From IMG/VR virus record IMGVR_UViG_3300036851_000252, positions 1 through 53,777 of that record: 53,777 bases of DNA; one strand, 5' to 3'. Made by a program: the position numbers and the translations under genes. Source of the stretch: a virus (taxonomy: Duplodnaviria > Caudoviricetes). The notes beneath the pieces are model-generated. The model saw nothing but the letters and a program-made list of their open reading frames with translations, was not told the origin of the DNA and searched no databases. Shown one piece after another: positions 1 to 9,888 of the stretch; within the stretch, counting starts at the first letter, position 1; the number at the start of each line of letters is the position of its first letter.

Positions 1-1
1 C

Positions 2-334
2 GGCAACGGCAATGCAGGCGCCAATGGAAACACAGGTGCCGCAGGTAACACAGGCAACAATGGCTCAGGTGCAACTGCAGGTAATCCAGGCAACGCAGGT
101 GCTAATGGCAATGCAGGAGCAGCAGGAAACACAGGCGCCGCAGGCAATGCAGGCAACAATGGATCAGGTGCAACCGGTGGTAACCCAGGTGGATCTGGTG
201 GTAGTGGTAATGCTGGATCGTCCGGATCACCCGGAAACTCTCCAGCTACTGTGTTACCCTTTAGTGCACACACAATTACGATTGGTTCTGGTGCAGCATC
301 AGGATCAGTTACGGTCAGTTGGTCGAAGCAATAA
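2..334 (+). CDS. Collagen-like (Gly-X-Y) fibre protein, 5'-partial
   Basis: Frame +2 reads GNAGANGNTGAAGNTGNNGSGATAGNPGNAG...SVTVSWSKQ* (TAA 332-334). The track ORF 12..353 is its out-of-frame shadow. Confidence 0.85.
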   Translation, partial: GNGNAGANGNTGAAGNTGNNGSGATAGNPGNAGANGNAGAAGNTGAAGNAGNNGSGATGGNPGGSGGSGNAGSSGSPGNSPATVLPFSAHTITIGSGAASGSVTVSWSKQ

Positions 335-377
335 TAAATACACGGCACAATAACATTTTTTTGGTTAGGAGTTTGAG

Positions 378-713
378 ATGGCAAATTTAGTAAGAGTGTT
401 TGATATTCATTTATATGTTGGATTAACAGAAGGCGCAGGCAAGTGCTATGAAATCGTTAAGTTCTTCAAAGAGAATAACATTCCATACACATTGTTAAAT
501 TATTCTGATCAGGTTGAGCATCACCAACATACTTTTAATGCACTTAGTTCTTGGAGATTTGGTCTAGATAATGAACAAACAGTGTTCACAGATTTTCCAA
601 TTGTAGTATGGAAGGAAGGATTTGATGATTTCACCTCATGTCCTCAATATTCGTTGTCATTGGAAGATTTGGTTACCCGTTCTGTAGTGACACGAAAAGA
701 CTTGATCAAATAA
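378..713 (+). CDS. Hypothetical protein, possible glutaredoxin-like fold
   Basis: AGGAG RBS; CYEIVKFFKENNIPYT and FPIV segments resemble the glutaredoxin fold, but there is no CxxC. Confidence 0.6.
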   Translation: MANLVRVFDIHLYVGLTEGAGKCYEIVKFFKENNIPYTLLNYSDQVEHHQHTFNALSSWRFGLDNEQTVFTDFPIVVWKEGFDDFTSCPQYSLSLEDLVTRSVVTRKDLIK

Positions 714-756
714 TCGATTTGTTAGATACTGATAATACAATAACTATAAGGTCAAT

Positions 757-1494
757 ATGTTCAATAGATTGCGATCCGTTATCAAAACGGACGAAATAGA
801 GTTCCTTTGTGATCCAAAAGATCATGGTATCATTCCTGAACCTGTGCCGTCGAACAGACATATGCCCGAATGGTTCAAGTATCTACCAGCTAAGGTTAAC
901 AAAGAAGAAAAGTTGGAGAATAGCACAATTAAGAGATGTGCTCCATTCTTAGATGCTCTAACTATTGGTTGGATAATTCCACTTTGTGCTGATGTTCAAA
1001 TTGTTACAAACGAAGATGCATCTGGTGTAGATTACAAATGGCTGTTTGATAAACCAGTAATTGAAAATCATTCAATGGCTCAGGTAGGAACGGATGCTCA
1101 TCCTAACGATCAGTTTCCTAAGCCTCCTATGAAGTTTTTGAACTACTGGATGATCAAAGTTCCCAAAGGTTACAGCGTATTATTCACCCCACCTCTTAAT
1201 CGCGCTGACCCTCGTTTTACCTGTTTTTCTGGTATTGTAGATGATGGATATCTTGGAACAGATTGTTTAGAGTACATCAATTTTCCCTTCTTCTTCCATG
1301 AGAAAAACTTTACTGGTGTGTTGAAAGCTGGCACTCCTCTTGTTCAAGTCATTCCTTTCAAAACAGATGACATGATCAAGAAATATTCAGTCAAGAAAGC
1401 ATCAACTAAAGACCTTGAGTTACGAGAACATACACGACGCCGTAGGCTTGCTCGTGAAAGCATTTATCGTAATTCACTGTGGAGAAAGAAATGA
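757..1494 (+). CDS. Conserved phage protein of the type found beside 2OG-Fe(II) oxygenases
   Basis: 245 aa; TIKRCAP, PKGYSVLF, GIVD and KAGTPLVQVIPF motifs. Confidence 0.7.
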   Translation: MFNRLRSVIKTDEIEFLCDPKDHGIIPEPVPSNRHMPEWFKYLPAKVNKEEKLENSTIKRCAPFLDALTIGWIIPLCADVQIVTNEDASGVDYKWLFDKPVIENHSMAQVGTDAHPNDQFPKPPMKFLNYWMIKVPKGYSVLFTPPLNRADPRFTCFSGIVDDGYLGTDCLEYINFPFFFHEKNFTGVLKAGTPLVQVIPFKTDDMIKKYSVKKASTKDLELREHTRRRRLARESIYRNSLWRKK

Positions 1495-2105
1495 GTAATT
1501 ACGTATTTTGTCCAATGCCAGACGTTAATGGAAAAGAGGAAAGCTATGCTTGGTGGGACAATGGTTTTTCTGACGAAGAAATTCAAAAAATCATAGCATA
1601 CGGTGATGAGTTGATAGCAAAAGAGGGCAAGGATGCAACAGTTGCAGCTGGCGATGTAGTGACAGAGATCAGACGATCTAAAGTAGCTTGGATTTCAAAC
1701 TCGGATGAAACTCAATGGTTATACGATCGCTTGGCATTTATCACACGAATGATAAATGCACAATTTTTTGATTTCGATTTATATGGATTTTCGGAAGATT
1801 TCCAATACACAGTATATCATGATACGGATCACGGGCATTATAATTGGCACGTTGACCGTGGTGTGCTCTCACCTGGTAGTGTACCTCGAAAGCTCTCATT
1901 GGTGATCTTATTGACAGATGATACTGAGTACGAAGGTGGAGATTTAGAGCTACAGTACGGTGCTGGATTGGCCCCAACTAAGGTAGATAAAGTTAAGGGC
2001 CGCGTGCACGCTTTTCCTTCTTGGGTCCTCCATCGTGTGACACCCGTCACTAAAGGCATTAGAAAGTCATTGGTTGTGTGGACAACCGGGCCAAAATTCA
2101 AGTAA
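1491..2105 (+). CDS. 2OG-Fe(II) oxygenase (prolyl-hydroxylase/PKHD-like)
   Basis: Y-x-W-H-x-D (HYNWHVD), RKLS, YEGGDL, HRVTPVTKGIRKSLVVW. Confidence 0.9.
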   Translation: MSNYVFCPMPDVNGKEESYAWWDNGFSDEEIQKIIAYGDELIAKEGKDATVAAGDVVTEIRRSKVAWISNSDETQWLYDRLAFITRMINAQFFDFDLYGFSEDFQYTVYHDTDHGHYNWHVDRGVLSPGSVPRKLSLVILLTDDTEYEGGDLELQYGAGLAPTKVDKVKGRVHAFPSWVLHRVTPVTKGIRKSLVVWTTGPKFK

Positions 2106-2165
2106 GACCATACGTCGTCTAGTGATAAATACTATATCCCGATTAGGGTAATATAGGATTTCACC

Positions 2166-4253
2166 ATGACACGACAGATTGATGCGAATACGCAGATTGA
2201 CTTTACTTCATTCAACTTCCCAGGTCTAACGGTTAAGGAACCAGCAGTTGCAGCTACGACTGGTCCAATTACTCTTGCCAACTCACAATCAATTGATGGT
2301 GAAGCAGTAGTAAATCCTAATCGCGTTCTGGTTAAGGATCAGGCAGATGCATCAGAGAATGGTGTTTATGTTGTTGTGGATGCAGGAGCATGGACAAGAG
2401 CCACAGACTTTGATGGTTCACCTTCAAATGAAGTTGTAAAGGACACGTTCGTATCTGTTACAGAAGGTACTGTTAACGGCGGGTCTGGTTGGATTGTAAC
2501 TTCACCAAATCCTATTGTTGTCGGCGTAGATGACATCAACTTTCAATTGTTCGTTTCTGGTGGTGGCGGTGGAAGCGGCTCTGTTACGTCTGTCGCAGCT
2601 TCTGGATCAACAGGCCTAAGTGTTGGTGGTTCACCAATCACAAGTACAGGTACGTTGACATTCACCTTGAGTAATGATCTTCAAGGTATGGCATCAGGAT
2701 TGACATCAGGTACTGGGTTTGTAAGACGAACAGGTCCAGCAACATATTCAGCATCGGCATTAATCTCAGGTGATGTAACAGGCGCTCTCGGATATACTCC
2801 ATACAACGCATCAAATCCTTCAGGATTCATTACAACCAACCAGACAATTACACTATCTGGGGATGCAACAGGCTCAGGTACAACATCTATTGCTGTTACA
2901 GTCGTAGATGACAGCCACCTTCATACAGTAACAACAATTTCAGCAACAGGTACACCAAACTCATCCACATTCTTACGTGGTGATGGCACATGGGCAACAC
3001 CAGCTGGTGGTGGAGGTGGTACTGTCACATCTGTTGCTGCATCACAGCCTGCCGCAGGTATTACGATTTCAGGCAGTCCAATTACAACATCTGGAACCCT
3101 AACATTTGCTCTTGCAAACGACCTTGCAGCTCTCGAAGCTCTTTCAGGCACAGGATACGTCCGTCGTACAGGCACAGATGCATTTACCACTGATGTATCA
3201 GTTCCAGCCGCATCAGTGTCAGGACTTGCTGCATCAGCAACAACAGATACAACAAACGCAGGTAACATTACATCAGGCACTCTTCCATCGGGAAGATTAT
3301 CAGGTACTTACAGTATCAGTATTTCTGGCAATGCTGCGACAGCAACATCAGCAACATCAGCTTCAAATGCAACTACAGCAGGTGGGTTTACACCGTCTGC
3401 AACTGCCGGCGTAGCAAGCCGTATTGTTGTTGCTGATGGTAGCGGGTACATTAACAATAGCTACTTTAACTCAACTGATAATAGCCAGGCTTCTGGTGTT
3501 ACAGCTGTCATGGTTAAGGCAGGTGATAATTATATCCGTTCAGGAACCGCTCAAGCAGTTGCAACATTCTTGAGCGGTTCAACAATGAATATTGCAGGTA
3601 ACGCCTCAACATCAAGTGATTCTTCAGCCTTGAATGGTCAGGCAGGTTCATTCTATCGAAACGCAAGCAACATTAACGCCGGCACAGTTCCAACAGCAAA
3701 TCTTGGTTCAGGCATAGCAAATAGCACCACGTTCCTGCGTGGTGATAATACTTGGCAGACAATTTCATCCGGTGGTGTAACATCCGTAACTGGTACAGCT
3801 AACCGTGTAACAGCATCACCAACAACTGGTGCTGTAGTTCTTACAACACCACAGGACATTCACTCAAGTGCATTGGTTCAATTCTCCGGCATCGGTCTTG
3901 GAACATCAGCCGCAGCTGGTGAAGTACGTGCAACAAACAACATTACAGCATTCTTCTCAGATATGAACTTGAAAACTGTGAAGGCTCCAATTACAAATGC
4001 TCTCGAGAAAGTTTGCAGCTTGGATGGTTTCTACTTCACGGCCAATGAAAAGGCTCAGGAATTGGGATATGACGGCAAAGAGGTGCACGTTGGTGTATCT
4101 GCTCAGGCAGTTCAAAAGATTCTTCCTGAAGTTATTAAGAGAGCACCAATCGACGATAAGTATATGACATTGGATTATGCGAAGTTGGTTCCATTGTTGA
4201 TTGAAGCTATCAAGGACCTTGAGAAGCAAGTTGCTGAATTGAGAAACAAGTGA
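2166..4253 (+). CDS. Tail fibre with C-terminal intramolecular chaperone (peptidase S74-like)
   Basis: Ser/Thr/Gly-rich; internal repeats (VTSVAAS..SPIT..GTLTF x2, TFLRGD.TW x2); C-terminal FSDMNLK...LDYAKLVPLLIEAIKDL. Confidence 0.9.
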   Translation: MTRQIDANTQIDFTSFNFPGLTVKEPAVAATTGPITLANSQSIDGEAVVNPNRVLVKDQADASENGVYVVVDAGAWTRATDFDGSPSNEVVKDTFVSVTEGTVNGGSGWIVTSPNPIVVGVDDINFQLFVSGGGGGSGSVTSVAASGSTGLSVGGSPITSTGTLTFTLSNDLQGMASGLTSGTGFVRRTGPATYSASALISGDVTGALGYTPYNASNPSGFITTNQTITLSGDATGSGTTSIAVTVVDDSHLHTVTTISATGTPNSSTFLRGDGTWATPAGGGGGTVTSVAASQPAAGITISGSPITTSGTLTFALANDLAALEALSGTGYVRRTGTDAFTTDVSVPAASVSGLAASATTDTTNAGNITSGTLPSGRLSGTYSISISGNAATATSATSASNATTAGGFTPSATAGVASRIVVADGSGYINNSYFNSTDNSQASGVTAVMVKAGDNYIRSGTAQAVATFLSGSTMNIAGNASTSSDSSALNGQAGSFYRNASNINAGTVPTANLGSGIANSTTFLRGDNTWQTISSGGVTSVTGTANRVTASPTTGAVVLTTPQDIHSSALVQFSGIGLGTSAAAGEVRATNNITAFFSDMNLKTVKAPITNALEKVCSLDGFYFTANEKAQELGYDGKEVHVGVSAQAVQKILPEVIKRAPIDDKYMTLDYAKLVPLLIEAIKDLEKQVAELRNK

Positions 4254-4254
4254 G

Positions 4255-4890
4255 ATGACATTACCAGCATCCGGTACAATTTCATGGTTAGATATTGCTA
4301 GAGAACTCGGTTCAGGCAATGCTATCAGTTTGTCTGGCGGCCCAATAGCCATTAACACACTGTATCGTGGTGGTACTAATATTCCAGCTCAAGTTACCAG
4401 CTATCCAACAATCCCATCAACTGGTGCAATTTCGGCTGATGACTTTTACAGCATGGGATACAATTTATCATTAGCAGGCAGTTACAATAGCTCCAGATCG
4501 GGAAGCTCAGCTACGATGATTACTGGTATCTGTTTGTATACCACAAACGGACCATCAACACCATCAGCAGGCTCAATTTTTAATTGTTCAACATCTGGCA
4601 CACAAAGTGATTCTACTTCACTTGGCGTATTCACTTCACCAACTGGTATCTTATTGAATGGTGGTCTTGAAGTAAACTTAACCAGTAGAACAGGCGTCAG
4701 TATTATTGGTGCGAATGATGGTGTCTGGCAGCGCATCGGTAGCAATGCTGTTACATCGTCAGTCATCTGGTATATTTCACGCAACACTTCAGGCACAAGT
4801 GTTGCTAGTGGCACTCTTCAGTTTCGACGTTCATATGACAACGTTCTCGTTGGTAGTACGACAATCAATTTCTCTGTTACAAAGACGTAA
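4255..4890 (+). CDS. Putative tail-fibre tip/adhesin protein
   Basis: N-terminus MTLPASGTISWLDIARELG is typical of proteins following S74 fibres; S/T/G-rich. Confidence 0.65.
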   Translation: MTLPASGTISWLDIARELGSGNAISLSGGPIAINTLYRGGTNIPAQVTSYPTIPSTGAISADDFYSMGYNLSLAGSYNSSRSGSSATMITGICLYTTNGPSTPSAGSIFNCSTSGTQSDSTSLGVFTSPTGILLNGGLEVNLTSRTGVSIIGANDGVWQRIGSNAVTSSVIWYISRNTSGTSVASGTLQFRRSYDNVLVGSTTINFSVTKT

Positions 4891-4913
4891 TTGATGTAGT
4901 ATAGTCCTGTAGT

Positions 4914-5486
4914 ATGGACGTAGATATAGACCTCAAAACAAACTTCGACCCACTTGATTATTTCAAGACAGCAATTCGTGCGTCGATGATCAAAACTGAC
5001 GAACTCGTAAAGCATCCAGCTGGCGTCTACTTTCAAGACGTCCCTGTTGATGCTATCACAGGGTTATGCGCTATTCCTTATGCTGAAGCAGAAGAATTGG
5101 GGTTATTGAAGATAGATTTCCTGCACTTATCTCTACTTGATAATTTCGATAGCAAGGATGAAATACGAACCCTACTCAAAACAGAACCCGATTGGTTTCT
5201 ACTTGAGAGTGCGTCGAATGTATCCAAGCTATTCCAGATTAGCAAGCACTACGATTTGGTCCAGAGGATCAAACCACGTAGTGTTCAGGATCTTGCGGAC
5301 CTCCTCGCATTAATGCGCCCAGGCAAGAGAAAGCTGCTTGATGCATACGTTAGAGATCGTGAGAACGTCAGGCATGCTCTCTATATGAAAGAAGAGGGTC
5401 AGTATTCATTCAAACGATCTCACGCTTTGGCATATGCACTCACGATCGTTCTGCAGTTACACCTAATTAGGGGTGGAATACTGTAA
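4914..5486 (+). CDS. Minimal DnaE (Pol III alpha)-like polymerase core
   Basis: DVDID, KHPAGVY, GLLKIDFL, LALMRPG, YSFKRSHALAYA in DnaE order within 190 aa. Confidence 0.85.
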   Translation: MDVDIDLKTNFDPLDYFKTAIRASMIKTDELVKHPAGVYFQDVPVDAITGLCAIPYAEAEELGLLKIDFLHLSLLDNFDSKDEIRTLLKTEPDWFLLESASNVSKLFQISKHYDLVQRIKPRSVQDLADLLALMRPGKRKLLDAYVRDRENVRHALYMKEEGQYSFKRSHALAYALTIVLQLHLIRGGIL

Positions 5487-5505
5487 GGTACTGATAAATA
5501 GGTCC

Positions 5506-6213
5506 ATGAAAGCAAAAGATCTTTGGACACAGTCCGATACAGACAAAATTAAGAATGCATTGAAGGTCCGCAAGGGAGCTTCATCCATGGTTCGTACCGC
5601 CGCTGCTCACGAAGACAAGAGCAAGTTTAATCCAAAGAAGGATCGTCGTAGTTTCAAAGATCAGTTCCGTAAAGGTATGTTTGAAACACAAGTCTTAACG
5701 AACGTCCGTCTAACAGATCATCAGAAATCTGTCATGGCAAATGTCATCGCTCGTGGCAATCAAAACACCACATTGATTGATTTAACAGCTAATGTTGATG
5801 ACATCAACAAGCAGAACATGTCTGGTGCTGTAAACACACTTGCAAAGATTGGCCTTATGGCAATCGATCCAAATAAGACCGTGACTGTTACGGATGAAGG
5901 CAATAACATCATGGCTCAAGAGAATCTTGTAGATGATGGCGGCCAACTAACACCTGATGGCCAGAAGTATCAGTTCATGTTTACCCGTGGCGAAGAAGGT
6001 AAAGATCAGCAAGATGTCGATCAGGAAATGGCACAGACAGATATGTCACAAGGTGCCGACGCTCTTGGAATGGGTGGCGATGCTGCTGGCGCAGCACCTG
6101 CTATGGATTCTATGGGCGGAGGTGGTTTCGGTGAATCATTCTCACTGATCAAGAACATGATTGATCAGCAAAATCTTGAAGTCTTAAAGAAGAAATTTAC
6201 TTCTCAGGCTTAA
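5506..6213 (+). CDS. Hypothetical late protein
   Basis: ATG 5 nt after TAAATA; long ORF. Confidence 0.7.
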   Translation: MKAKDLWTQSDTDKIKNALKVRKGASSMVRTAAAHEDKSKFNPKKDRRSFKDQFRKGMFETQVLTNVRLTDHQKSVMANVIARGNQNTTLIDLTANVDDINKQNMSGAVNTLAKIGLMAIDPNKTVTVTDEGNNIMAQENLVDDGGQLTPDGQKYQFMFTRGEEGKDQQDVDQEMAQTDMSQGADALGMGGDAAGAAPAMDSMGGGGFGESFSLIKNMIDQQNLEVLKKKFTSQA

Positions 6214-6661
6214 TTGTCTTTTTGTGGATTTCAACACCTGGTGGAAGTGCCTTGCGACGTCTGCGTCGAATACTTGCTACTTCTTCCATCTCATACTTTG
6301 GCAGTGGTCCAATAACTCTTGTCACAAATTCCGTATTATACGTTCTGTAGATTTTGCTTGTCTCTGGTGTCATGCCAAGACGTGAGAATTCAATTGATAA
6401 AGGATAGCGTTGTTTGTGAACATAGTACCACGTAGCTGCTGTTGTGATAATCTTCTCTTCGTCGACGTGCTCAGGCCCACAAAGATCAAGAACGAATGCC
6501 TTAATTGTCTTGTCGTCAGCATTATCAACGATAGTGAGAATGTGTTGGTTGCGGTGTTGAATCAGCGTAATAAAGGGGTGACCTTCTTCGAGATATGACG
6601 CTGGATGATCTTCAATGATCAAAGGACTTGGATTTCCGCGAACTCTTTTCTTCTGGGGCAT
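6197..6661 (-). CDS. Hypothetical protein
   Basis: 154 aa; GAGGA RBS and TAAATA upstream on the minus strand. Confidence 0.75.
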   Translation of the reverse strand: MPQKKRVRGNPSPLIIEDHPASYLEEGHPFITLIQHRNQHILTIVDNADDKTIKAFVLDLCGPEHVDEEKIITTAATWYYVHKQRYPLSIEFSRLGMTPETSKIYRTYNTEFVTRVIGPLPKYEMEEVASIRRRRRKALPPGVEIHKKTIKPEK

Positions 6662-6765
6662 GTGATTCCTCTTGTTCTCACAGGCTATATTTACAGTCAG
6701 GTTTACAAGTGGAACTCCATAAATATTGGTCTGTTAAAAGGGTACTGGGCTAAATAGAGGCACGT

Positions 6766-7602
6766 ATGGATAAAATGTCGTTAAAGGATTTCTTCACGAA
6801 AGCAAATGTGATGCCTGTTTCAGAGAAACTGGGCACAGGTGCATTGCTGAAGGAAATGTCAAACTTTGCTGTGCCAAGTACTTCTTCATCGTCAGCTATG
6901 CTTCAGTCTGTCAGAGCAAATCAAGGCCAGGGTCGATTCATGAAGATGCATCGCGTTGGTGGAGCTCCTGCAGAAGTTGAAGAAGAACAGGAATTGAAGA
7001 TTGATCAAGCCCGCAACATCTTTAATTCAATGGCTCGTAATCCAAACGTTGAACGACAACAGATCATTGACAAGATGATGCAGCATGCGGGAGTAACACA
7101 CTCTACGGCTGTTTCATATTACGAACGTCTTGCAAAAGAAGCTGGCTTAACAAATCAAGGCGGCGATGATGAGGATGACAATCCTATGCAAGCTGCAGTT
7201 TCAGATGACACGGCAGGTATGCCTACTGCAGATGTAGGTGAAGTTCCAGCTCAGAATGCAATGGACTTTGCAGCTGACGGTGGATCAGTGGAGCAAGGTC
7301 CTCAGGTACAACCTGAAGTACAGAATACAATCCCAGATGATGCTAACAAACAAGGTATCATTCGTCACGTGGATAAAGCACATCTGGTGTTCAAGCGTCA
7401 GACACCAGATGGAACATTTGAAGAGCTTTGGTCATACAATATTTCAACAGACATGAAGGATGAACTTTCAATCCGTAGAAAGATTCTAGCAGGTACTGAT
7501 ATCCCTTCACAAAAAACAACATCACCTGATGGGTCTCAAGCGTACACGCTTACCACAATGGGTAATGGCCAATTATTGCACATCACGGGACTGTCGCAGT
7601 AA
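6766..7602 (+). CDS. Hypothetical late protein
   Basis: 278 aa; TAAATA at 6751. Confidence 0.75.
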   Translation: MDKMSLKDFFTKANVMPVSEKLGTGALLKEMSNFAVPSTSSSSAMLQSVRANQGQGRFMKMHRVGGAPAEVEEEQELKIDQARNIFNSMARNPNVERQQIIDKMMQHAGVTHSTAVSYYERLAKEAGLTNQGGDDEDDNPMQAAVSDDTAGMPTADVGEVPAQNAMDFAADGGSVEQGPQVQPEVQNTIPDDANKQGIIRHVDKAHLVFKRQTPDGTFEELWSYNISTDMKDELSIRRKILAGTDIPSQKTTSPDGSQAYTLTTMGNGQLLHITGLSQ

Positions 7603-7654
7603 CTGTTGACACTAATGCTAGTTTAGTGTTAGACTTGGTCTCGTAGGAGCTATA

Positions 7655-7927
7655 ATGAATAACAACAATAATATACCTAACGGTCCTATGGACGTTGCGG
7701 GTGAATATACCCCAATCACGAAACAGAAGGTCCCTCAAGTTGAATCCAATCGATGGAATCAGATGAGCACCGCTGAACTATATGACCAGAAAGCTATCTT
7801 AGACTCAAGATACATTATGGCTGCTCAAATTGGTAATGCATCTTTGATGCAACAAATACAAATTGGTGTATCGCATTTAACTGCTCTCATCAATTCCAAA
7901 GCAGATAAGGATATAAGTCTAATATGA
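7655..7927 (+). CDS. Hypothetical protein
   Basis: AGGAG RBS, downstream of a TTGACA promoter. Confidence 0.7.
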   Translation: MNNNNNIPNGPMDVAGEYTPITKQKVPQVESNRWNQMSTAELYDQKAILDSRYIMAAQIGNASLMQQIQIGVSHLTALINSKADKDISLI

Positions 7928-8244
7928 GTCATCAATTCCAAGATGGTACAATGGCAGATGGATCAGAACCATCATTGATCAATACCCCAGTCAAGAATCT
8001 CGACGAACTAAAGAAGAAGCGTCGTAATATTTTGATGAGAGAAGCTCTGAAGCAAGAGATTCAAGAGTTGGCCGATAAATCAGTCGAATTCAAACGAACG
8101 ATTGATACAGCAAAGACAGAACTCAAGAAAGAAATCTTCCGCAAGAAGCTTCGTCGAAACAATAATAAAGTGTTCGAAATGATTGACGCTCTTAACAAGA
8201 TTCCAGCTGAGCAAGTTGAAGCTGCAAATGATAGCCAAGTCTAA
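7924..8244 (+). CDS. Hypothetical coiled-coil protein
   Basis: ATGA overlap with the previous gene. Confidence 0.7.
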   Translation: MSHQFQDGTMADGSEPSLINTPVKNLDELKKKRRNILMREALKQEIQELADKSVEFKRTIDTAKTELKKEIFRKKLRRNNNKVFEMIDALNKIPAEQVEAANDSQV

Positions 8245-8611
8245 ACTGTCTGAAGATACGCTAACTGGTGCATATCTCTTAGCTGAGGCCGAGCAACAAG
8301 ACTTTACCGATCTTGAGGTCATCACAACAGAACAGTATCGGTACGAACAAGCAATCGAGCTAGCATTCTCACGCGGATCCACGGTTGATTCGATAATGGA
8401 AGATGCAGGAACCCTGTTTCAAACCATCCCACATTGTGAGTTCATAGAGGTATTTGCCTCAAAAGTACGTGTTGTCATTAATGCAGACCGTATTGATGAT
8501 GATGTAATCCAACAATCAATTAGAATATTGACCCACGTAGAAGAATTCGTGCCTGGTAAAAGGATTACATTTGATGAACTCGAATATCAACTCGCTCACA
8601 AAAGCACATGA
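8228..8611 (+). CDS. Hypothetical protein
   Basis: ORF packed within the operon. Confidence 0.65.
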   Translation: MIAKSKLSEDTLTGAYLLAEAEQQDFTDLEVITTEQYRYEQAIELAFSRGSTVDSIMEDAGTLFQTIPHCEFIEVFASKVRVVINADRIDDDVIQQSIRILTHVEEFVPGKRITFDELEYQLAHKST

Positions 8612-9245
8612 CGCAATTCGATTACTGACCAAGATCCAGAATGCTGGATTTAAATCAGCAATCCTTGCTGGTGGTGCAATTCGAGATATGTACCATGGAG
8701 TTGCTGTCAGCGATTACGATATCTTTTTGTGGTGTCCTGATCTTAGCAATGAATGGGGTGGCTTCAAAACAATGCCACCATATGATGATATTGACTATCT
8801 AGCGAAGTTGGTAGGCATCAAACGGAACAGAAGTCCGTATATGTCAGCATTCACAGGTATCATCTCACAATACAAACCCACCACAAAGGGTGACTACACA
8901 ATTAATGAACACATTAGTTCTGTGTGGGACATCACAATGCCAAACGCTGATTATCAGTTGATATTTGTCAATGAACGCCCTGTTGATTACGTGTTAAAGT
9001 ACTTCGACATCGGCATCTGTAAGACATACTGTGACGGAAAGAAGATTCACTTCTCGGAAGATTTCACAACAGACGTCACTAACAACACACTAACAATTTG
9101 TGCACAGGATATGTCTAAAGCAATGTTCAATTACATTATTCGGCATCACTTGCCTCGCATAAAGAGAAAGTATCCTGGATATCGAGTAGTGGTAGCACCA
9201 CACAACCTAGTGTTTGTCAATCAACACAATAAGAAATACCTGTAA
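8574..9245 (+). CDS. Pol-beta-type nucleotidyltransferase (CCA/poly(A) polymerase head-like)
   Basis: LAGGAIRD...SDYDIF and FDIGIC motifs. Confidence 0.8.
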   Translation: MNSNINSLTKAHDAIRLLTKIQNAGFKSAILAGGAIRDMYHGVAVSDYDIFLWCPDLSNEWGGFKTMPPYDDIDYLAKLVGIKRNRSPYMSAFTGIISQYKPTTKGDYTINEHISSVWDITMPNADYQLIFVNERPVDYVLKYFDIGICKTYCDGKKIHFSEDFTTDVTNNTLTICAQDMSKAMFNYIIRHHLPRIKRKYPGYRVVVAPHNLVFVNQHNKKYL

Positions 9246-9252
9246 GGAATTC

Positions 9253-9870
9253 ATGCTTTTTGCAATCGCCGGCAGTCAAGGGACTGGAAAATCAACTCTT
9301 TTAAAAGCTCTAGCAGATGCTGGACATAACGTGATCGACCGTAAAGTTTCAAGATCAATCTTAGTAGATTGGGGCAAGACTTTGGATGAAGTGTACAAAG
9401 ATCTTCCATTGTGTCAACAGTTTCATAAAGAGATAGCATCTCGTAAGTGGAAAGATGAAGTTCATGCTATGGATTCAAAGGAAATTTGGTTCACAGAACG
9501 TACATATGCAGATTCATACACATATGCATTGTTCTCGCTTGGTAGATACAATGAATACTCAAATTGGTTAAACGACTACTGGACACTTTCCCTAGCCAAT
9601 AATCAGCTAGCGTACGCCCACATCTTCTTCCTACCAGCAGGCAAATTCGAGATTGAGAAAGATGGTGTCCGCGCACATAATACCCGCTATGGCCATATTG
9701 TGGATCAGGTCATGACAGACATAACTGTTGAAATGGCTAACATTTACACTGATAATTTGAACAATCATGCTATAACCTTTGTCAATGCTGTAGAAATGCA
9801 AACACGAGTGGGGTTAGTTAACCTCGTAGTGGACATGTATAAGAAACATGGCAAGTACAAAGCACAATAA
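9253..9870 (+). CDS. P-loop nucleotide kinase/ATPase (AAA_28/NadR-like)
   Basis: GSQGTGKST Walker A; TERTYADSY; DGVR. Confidence 0.8.
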   Translation: MLFAIAGSQGTGKSTLLKALADAGHNVIDRKVSRSILVDWGKTLDEVYKDLPLCQQFHKEIASRKWKDEVHAMDSKEIWFTERTYADSYTYALFSLGRYNEYSNWLNDYWTLSLANNQLAYAHIFFLPAGKFEIEKDGVRAHNTRYGHIVDQVMTDITVEMANIYTDNLNNHAITFVNAVEMQTRVGLVNLVVDMYKKHGKYKAQ

Positions 9871-9888
9871 GAATAACGGAGCCAGATA

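Noticed and set aside
12-353. Track ORF MQAPMETQ...
   Set aside because: Out-of-frame shadow of the Gly-X-Y gene in frame +2.
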